NCBI RefSeq assembly: GCF_006345805.1
Contig: NW_021827525.1
Location: 1-28,476, forward strand
Direction: 5' to 3'
From: Octopus sinensis
Taxonomy: Eukaryota
DNA: 28,476 bases
In this document: positions 22,232 to 28,476 of the stretch, one piece after another
Layout: every line of letters begins with the position of its first letter
Position numbering within the stretch: position 1 is the first letter of the stretch
Program-made: the position numbers and the translations under genes
The notes under the pieces: generated by a model
Seen by the model: only the letters and a program-made list of their open reading frames with translations
Databases searched by the model: none
What the model was told of the DNA's origin: nothing

Positions 22232-23001
22232 GTAAAATACGTAAACAAACGTATATACATCATAACGTATATACGCACACGAGTATATTTAAAACCGGTT
22301 GATTGGTATATTGAATATTAAAATAGTGTAACTTCCAATCGTGGATTGGAAAAATCAATAATATAATTAAATTAATAGTGTAATAATGTAATATAAATTT
22401 TGTCCTCGGCGAAATTTAAATGAGAAAAGTTAGTGCCTTTAGGAAAAAGCAAAAAATTTTCACACAGCTAATTAAAGCTCTGTCATCACCATCACATTAC
22501 AATCAATGATAATAAAAATGATAAAATAAATGGAAGTAATTAAGTAAATAATAATAAAATAATAAAAATTATAATAAAATTATAATAAAGAATAAAATAA
22601 AATGAAATAAAACAAATCCTTTCTGGCATTCGATGCCTTTAAAAACACATTTTGGTCGACTGTAAATACGCGATATCTATACAACACATGTTAGGAAATT
22701 GTAAAAGGGCTTTTATGATGTACAATAAAAATCGAAATTGTGAGGTATATTGTGGGGTAAATTCAATTGTGGAAAAACAATCAAATGACTCAAAAAGGTG
22801 CATTTAAAAGAAGCGGTTATAAAAAGACAATGAAAATAGAATAAAAATAAAATAACAAAAAGTTTGTAAACAATCGAAGGTTTTCTTGAAGGTCGAAAAA
22901 TGCAAAATGTAAAATATAAAGGCGATAAATGAACAATGAACATTATATAAAATGATACCTGTTTTTAGGTGGGAAAGCCAAAGTCAAACGCGGAAGTCAA
23001 A

Positions 23002-23017
23002 TATTATTATCATTATT

Positions 23018-23085
<68 letters not shown>

Positions 23086-23122
23086 CAACATCATCATCAT
23101 CATCATCATATCATCATCATCA

Positions 23123-23173
<51 letters not shown>
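23002..23173. repeat. (TTA)n/(ATC)n microsatellite at the 3' end of the Penelope-like element
   Basis: Directly visible. Confidence 0.97.
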
Positions 23174-23174
<1 letters not shown>

Positions 23175-24500
23175 GATCCGTATGGTTTTTTTATCAGTCG
23201 ACAATTTATACCTCGTAGCATGTCTGCAGGAAGTCAAAAGCTCCCGTTTTTGGTTCAATGCATATTTATCCTGGAACAGGATGAAGAGCATTTCAGTCAG
23301 GCACAAATCTCACCTCATAGGGCACATATATACTCCATGTTTATATGGTGCAGCTTTCTCCAAGACCGTCTATCTGATATTGAAAGGACGGGTATCATTT
23401 TCTTTTAAATTCCAAACATGCTTGGCGAGACTTGTTGCTAATCTATTTACGGGGTATCGAAATGAATTTCGACAGGAATATAATCTAGTCTCCTGTGTAT
23501 GTTCTGTATCCTTCTATGCCATCTATTTGTACCTTAGCTCTATAAACAACTCCTTTCCCAGACAAATTCTCCAAACGAACAGCAACTTTGATCTTTACAA
23601 TTGCAATTTTTCTGGTTATTTCTGGCTTTGTGGTTGCTTCTAATCGTTTTTGTGTTGTGCTGATTAATTAAAGAGGCGTAGGTCTTGCAACAAGAATAGC
23701 TAATCTTAAGTGTTCTTCTATTAAAAATTCTATAGAACTTACGGTTTTCTTGGAAGTGCCTAGAAACTAGTTTCAGGAATTCTCTACCTAAATTAGTTCT
23801 TACTGCAATGTTAAATGCCGGATTAAACCATAAACCTTTCCTAGTTCTAGTTCTACGGGTTCTATTATTGCTAGCAGTGCTTTGGCTATACTGGATCTTC
23901 TTTGAGAATCCGCTGTTCCTTAATGCATTATTATAATACGGTGGAGGCGCAATGGCCCAGTTGTTAGGGCAGCGGACTCGCGGTCATAGGATCGCGGTTT
24001 CGATTCCCAGACCAGGCGTTGTGAGTGTTTATTGAGCGAAAACACCTAAAAGCTCCACGAGGCTCCGGCAGGGATGGTGGTGATCCCTGCTGTACTCTTT
24101 CACACAAACTTTCTCTCACTCTTACTTCCTGTTTCTGTTGTACCTGTATTTCAAAGGGCCGGCCTTGTCACTCTCTGTGTCATGCTGAATCTCCCCGAGA
24201 ACTACGTTAAGGGTACACGTGTCTGTGGAGTGCTCAGCCACTTACACGTTAATTTCACGAGCAGGCTGTTCCGTTGATTCGGATCAACCGGAACCCTCGT
24301 CGTCGTAACCGACGGAGTGCTTCCCATATTATAATACGGCGTGGCATTTTGAAATGCTATCTCGCCTGAAGATATGGATGATATGCGCCTTCCTATAATA
24401 CTAACTAAATCTTTGAGTATAACGGATGATTTGACTCTTTGATAATATGATATAGTTTTTCATTAGGGACCGTACTCATTATCTTTGCAGGTTCTCAAAG
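23175..24500 (-). mobile_element. Penelope-like element (Neptune-type): RT thumb, Cys-rich linker and GIY-YIG endonuclease, interrupted by SINE A
   Basis: Minus translation with the SINE removed: PNEK...KESNHP / ILKDLVSIIGRRISSISS...NATPYY|NNALRNSGF...WFNPAFNIAVRTNLGREFL...IFNRRTLKISYSC...INQHN...NCNCKDQSCC / KGVVYRAKV...YTG / TSLAKHVWNLKE...KAAPY...LCLTE...LNQKRELLTSCRH. Confidence 0.92.
23941..24326 (+). mobile_element. SINE family A, full length
   Basis: 12-bp TSD TATTATAATACG at 23929-23940 and 24327-24338. Confidence 0.93.
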
Positions 24501-24537
24501 GATGGCAAGGTTGACGGTAGTAATGGTTCTCTTATTG

Positions 24538-24925
24538 TTTTACTTGTTTCGTACATTTGATTGCGGCCATGCTGGAGCACCGATCCCAGGATTTACTCTC
24601 TGTATGCCTAGTACTTACTCTCAGTTTCTTTTGCCGGACCGCTAAGTTACGATGACATAAACACACCCAGCATCGGCTGTCAATCGATGGCGGGTGGACA
24701 AACACACACACACAACACACACACATACATACGTGTGTGTGTAGATAGATATAGATATATACGACAGGCTTCTTCCAGTTTCCGTCTACCAAATCCACTC
24801 ACAAGGCTTTGGTTGGGCCGAGGATATAGTAGAAGACACTTGCCCAAGATGCCATGGAGTTGGACTGAACCCGGAACCGTGTGGTTGAGAAGCCAGCTTC
24901 TTACCACACAGCCACGCCTGCGCCT
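24538..24925 (-). mobile_element. SINE family C, full length
   Basis: Reverse complement begins AGGCGCAGGCGTGGCTGTGTGGTAAGAAG, has an internal TA/TG tract, and ends ...GGTGCTCCAGCATGGCCGCAATCAAATG..CGAAACAAGTAA. Confidence 0.88.
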
Positions 24926-25350
24926 ATAGCCACGAACATATGTAAGTCAATATCTGTAGGGGAAGATATCAGAAGGGGATTCCAGGGGTGTTGATGTTTT
25001 GGAGAAGAAGGATTGGGCGTAGTTATCAGTGTAGGACCTAGGGTGGAGGTGGACACAGCAAGGGTGATGGGAGGAGAAGAGGACCAGGAGGAGTGGGTTG
25101 GTAATCCCTGAGTGGAGAGGACATGATCCTCGACAGTTCTGAGGAGTGGTGGTCATTATAGTAGAGCAGAAAAGATAGAAAGAGGGTAGACTATATGCCT
25201 GGTTTGGGGCAGGGGATGGAGTGTGTCAGTGTGTGACTTTATGCAAATTACCTGGATCATCTTTGATAAAAGCTGTACGGGATCTAAACTGAAAAGGGGC
25301 GGAACAACAACAACGAGGGCTACTTTAGATAATGCAAACCTGGATATACT

Positions 25351-26138
25351 ATGTCCAGCAACAATAACAACAGCAAGAGATGGGATGGCCACGGCTAGAG
25401 TGTCTTTGATCAAAGGTCTGTATGATCAGAGCTGAATAGGAGCTAAACAATAACAAGGAAGATTATATAATCCTATACACAATATGTCCAGCAACAACAA
25501 CAACAGCAAGAGATGGGATGGCCACGGCTAGAGTGTCTTTGATCAAAGGTCTGTATGATCAGAGCTGAATAGGAGCTAAACAATAACAAGGAAGATTATA
25601 TAATCCTATACACAATATGTCCAGCAACAACAACAACAGCAAGAGATGGGATGGCCACGGCTAGAGTGTCTTTGATCAAAGGTCTGTATGATCAGAGCTG
25701 AATAGGAGCTGAACAATAACAAGGAAGATTATATAATCCTATACACAATATGTCCAGCAACAACAACAACAGCAAGAGATGGAGGCCACGGCTAGAGTGT
25801 CTTTGATCAAGGTCTGTATGATCAGAGCTGAATAGGAGCTGAACAATAACAAGGAAGATTATAATCCTATACACAATATGTCCAGCAACAACAACAACAG
25901 CAAGAGATGGGATGGCCACAGGCTAGAGTCTTTGATCAAAGGTATGTATGATCAGAGCTGAATAGGAGCTGAACAATAACAAGGAAGATTATATAATCCT
26001 ATACACAATATGTCCAGCAACAACAACAACAGCAAGAGATGGGATGGCCACGGCTAGAGTGTCTTTGATCAAAGGTATGTATGATCAGAGCTGAATAGGA
26101 GCTAAACAATAACAAGATAATGTAATCCTATATACAAT
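25351..26138. repeat. 133-bp tandem minisatellite: six near-identical units with degenerate units on both flanks (about 25250-26370)
   Basis: ATGTCCAGC starts at 25351, 25484, 25617, 25750, 25878 and 26010 (periods 133, 133, 133, 128, 132); a degenerate unit starts at 26139. Confidence 0.97.
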
Positions 26139-26664
26139 ATGTTCAATAACAACAGCAGTAGCAGTAGTACCAGTACCAGCAGCAGCAGCATCGGCAGCAG
26201 ATGGTATTGCCATGTTTGGAGTGTCTTTGATCAAAGCTCCACGGAATTAGAATTGAACAGAGGCTGAGCAACAACAGCAGAGAAGACGGGTAGTTTAGAC
26301 GATGCAATCCTAAATACAGTCATACAACAAAAACAAAAGACGGAATGGCCACGGCTGGAGTGTCTTTGACCAGTGTTATTATCCCCCCATCGACATGTTC
26401 ACTATGCTAGGCCAATGTCCTATAGAATCAGTCAACTTTCCAGAATCTTCTTACGATACCAACCACAACACAAACATTGACGTTGTAGCTTCAGAAATTT
26501 CTGCTAAACATAGAACCTCGCTCGTTTATATCGATTTATCGATCTTTGTGTTTTAGTTATAAAGAGGGAAGAGAGAGGGAGAGAGAGAGAGAGAGAGGGA
26601 GGAGTGGGGTGAGGTGAGGCTAAACAACAGAAACTAAACCATTCTTTGTTTTCCCCACCACAAT

Positions 26665-26710
26665 TCTTCTTCTTCTTCCTCCTCTTCTTCTTCTTCTTCT
26701 TATTATTATT

Positions 26711-26748
<38 letters not shown>

Positions 26749-26787
26749 GTATTGTTGTTGTTGTTGTTCTTCTTCTTCTTATATTAT

Positions 26788-26837
<50 letters not shown>

Positions 26838-27385
26838 TATAATATAATAAAATAGTGAGGCTAAACAACACAAGCTAAACATTCTGTGTTTTCCCCAACA
26901 ATTCTTCTTTCTTCTTCTTCTTCTTCTTCTCTTCTTCTTCTTTCTTCTTCTTTTCTTCTTTTCTTTTCCTCTTTTCTTCTTTTTCTGCTTGTTCTCTTCT
27001 TCTTCTTTTTTTTTCTCTTTTTCTTCTTTTCTTCTTTTTCTCTTCTTCCTCGTTTCTTTCTTTTTCTGCTTCTTCTTCTTCATCTTCTTTTTCTTCTCTT
27101 CTTTATCTTCTTCTTCTTCTTCTTTTCTTTCTTCTTCTTCTTCATCTTCTTTTTCTCTTCTTCTTTATCTTCTTCTTCTTCTTTTCTTTCTTCTTCTTCT
27201 TCATCTTCTCATTTCTTCTTCTTCTTCTTCTTTTCTTCTTCATCTTCTTCTTCTTCTTCCTCTTCTTCTTCTTCTTTTCTTACAATAAATTTATATTTTG
27301 TTTCTCAGTCTTCATCTTCTCCTTCAGTTTTCTATCATTTTTCATCTTTCATCTTTCAACATTCTTCTTCTTATCATTATTATTA

Positions 27386-27447
<62 letters not shown>

Positions 27448-27460
27448 GTTGTTGTTGTTG
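26665..27460. repeat. Compound (CTT)n, (TTG)n, (TAA)n, (TTA)n microsatellite block
   Basis: Directly visible. Confidence 0.96.
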
Positions 27461-27461
27461 T

Positions 27462-27662
27462 GGCGATCTGGCAGAATCGTTAGGACTCCGGGCATAATGC
27501 TTAGCGGCATTTCGTCCGTTGCTACGTTCTGATTTCAAATTCCTCCGAAGTCGATTTTACCTTTCCGGGTCGATAAAACAAGTACCAGTTGAACACTGGG
27601 GTTGATGTAATCGACTCATTCCCACCTCCAAAATTGCTGGCCTTGTGGCAAAATTTGAAACC
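27462..27662 (+). mobile_element. SINE family D variant with a different 3' segment
   Basis: GGCGATCTGGCAGAATCGTTAG...TTAGCGGCATTTCGTC...TTCAAATTCC...GGGTCGATAAA...GTACCAG..CACTGGGGT.GATGTAATCGACT, then a tail unlike those at 16261 and 18863. Confidence 0.8.
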
Positions 27663-27666
27663 ATCA

Positions 27667-27735
<69 letters not shown>

Positions 27736-27771
27736 ATATTATTATTATTATTCTTATTATATTATTATTCA

Positions 27772-27822
<51 letters not shown>

Positions 27823-28145
27823 CATCATCATTATAATCATCATATTTATTATCTTTATTATTAGTATTATTATTATAATCATCATTATCATTATCATTAT
27901 TATTATATCTTTATTATTATTATTATTATCATTATTATCATTATCATTATTATTATTATCTTATTATTATATATTATTATTATTATTATCATATTATTAT
28001 TATCAATATTATTATTATATTATTATTATCATTATTATTATCATTATTATCATCATTATTATTATTGTTGTTGTTGTTATTGTTGTTGTTTTTGTTTTTG
28101 TTCGTGTTGTTGCTGTTGTTGTTTTTGTTGTTGTTGTCGTTGTTG
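27663..28145. repeat. (TTA)n/(ATC)n/(TTG)n microsatellite block
   Basis: Directly visible. Confidence 0.96.
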
Positions 28146-28312
28146 TTATATCTTCTTTCTCTTCTTTTTACTCTTTCTTCCTCTTTTCGTTCCCCTCCAC
28201 CCACTTCCCCGTCGTGCAGTCCTTCACTATTTCTCTTTCCCCCAATTAGACCCCACCACCTCTCCCATCTTTCCCCGCAACCCTATTCTCTCTTTTCCAC
28301 CTGATTACAACC

Positions 28313-28360
28313 CACGTGATCATCAGGTCAACAGGTCAACATGTCTTACATCCTGCGTCA
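28313..28360 (+). promoter_or_regulatory. Candidate cis-element cluster: E-box, DR2 nuclear-receptor element, CRE/AP-1-like motif
   Basis: CACGTG at 28313-28318; AGGTCA-AC-AGGTCA at 28325-28338; TGCGTCA at 28354-28360. Motif matches only. Confidence 0.3.
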
Positions 28361-28440
28361 CACCTTGCCATAATCGTCCACCTCTTCGCTCACCCGACGC
28401 AACACCGTGTCGTTATCACTCCACCCGGTCCGGGTTCAAC

Positions 28441-28475
28441 CCTTAATGTTGCTGTTTATTTTATTCTCACTCCAG
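28441..28475 (+). other. Candidate 3' splice acceptor
   Basis: Branch-like CTTAAT, T/C-rich tract with no intervening AG, then CAG at 28473-28475, one base before the window ends. Confidence 0.35.
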
Positions 28476-28476
28476 A

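Noticed and set aside
24947-25156. 69-aa minus-strand ORF
   Set aside because: No recognisable motif; length is within chance expectation.
25430-25450. Hammerhead core in the 133-bp unit (CTGAATAG)
   Set aside because: No CTGANGA core, no stem II and no GAAA in the right place.
25351-26138. CRISPR-like array
   Set aside because: Whole units repeat with no unique spacers, the context is eukaryotic, and there are no cas genes.

Overview
AT-rich, microsatellite-saturated eukaryotic DNA with no host protein-coding exon I can support. The SINE families and repeat density look like an octopus (coleoid cephalopod) genome; this is an inference from memory, not a database search. Nearly all ORFs in the supplied track are artefacts of microsatellites or SINE copies. 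The real content is a stack of nested mobile elements: remnants of R4/Dong-type, RTE-type, L1/Tx1-type and Penelope-like retroelements, four tRNA-derived SINE families (here A-D), a Tc2-like DNA element with a nested hAT MITE, a mariner end, and a non-coding TAA-tailed element present twice. Most notable: (1) a SINE subfamily whose 3' tail matches the 3' end of an RTE LINE in the same window, within a set of SINEs that mix heads and tails; (2) SINE multimers inside single target-site duplications (TSDs), joined by tail-to-body microhomology; (3) a minimal hammerhead ribozyme motif in a (TA)n-flanked insert; (4) a 173-bp T-shaped foldback element; (5) a train of retroposons inserted into (TAA)n; (6) a 133-bp tandem array carrying a palindromic TCF-type site and SOX-type sites; (7) strong strand asymmetry of trinucleotide repeats plus a candidate splice acceptor at the window end, suggesting a long plus-strand intron.
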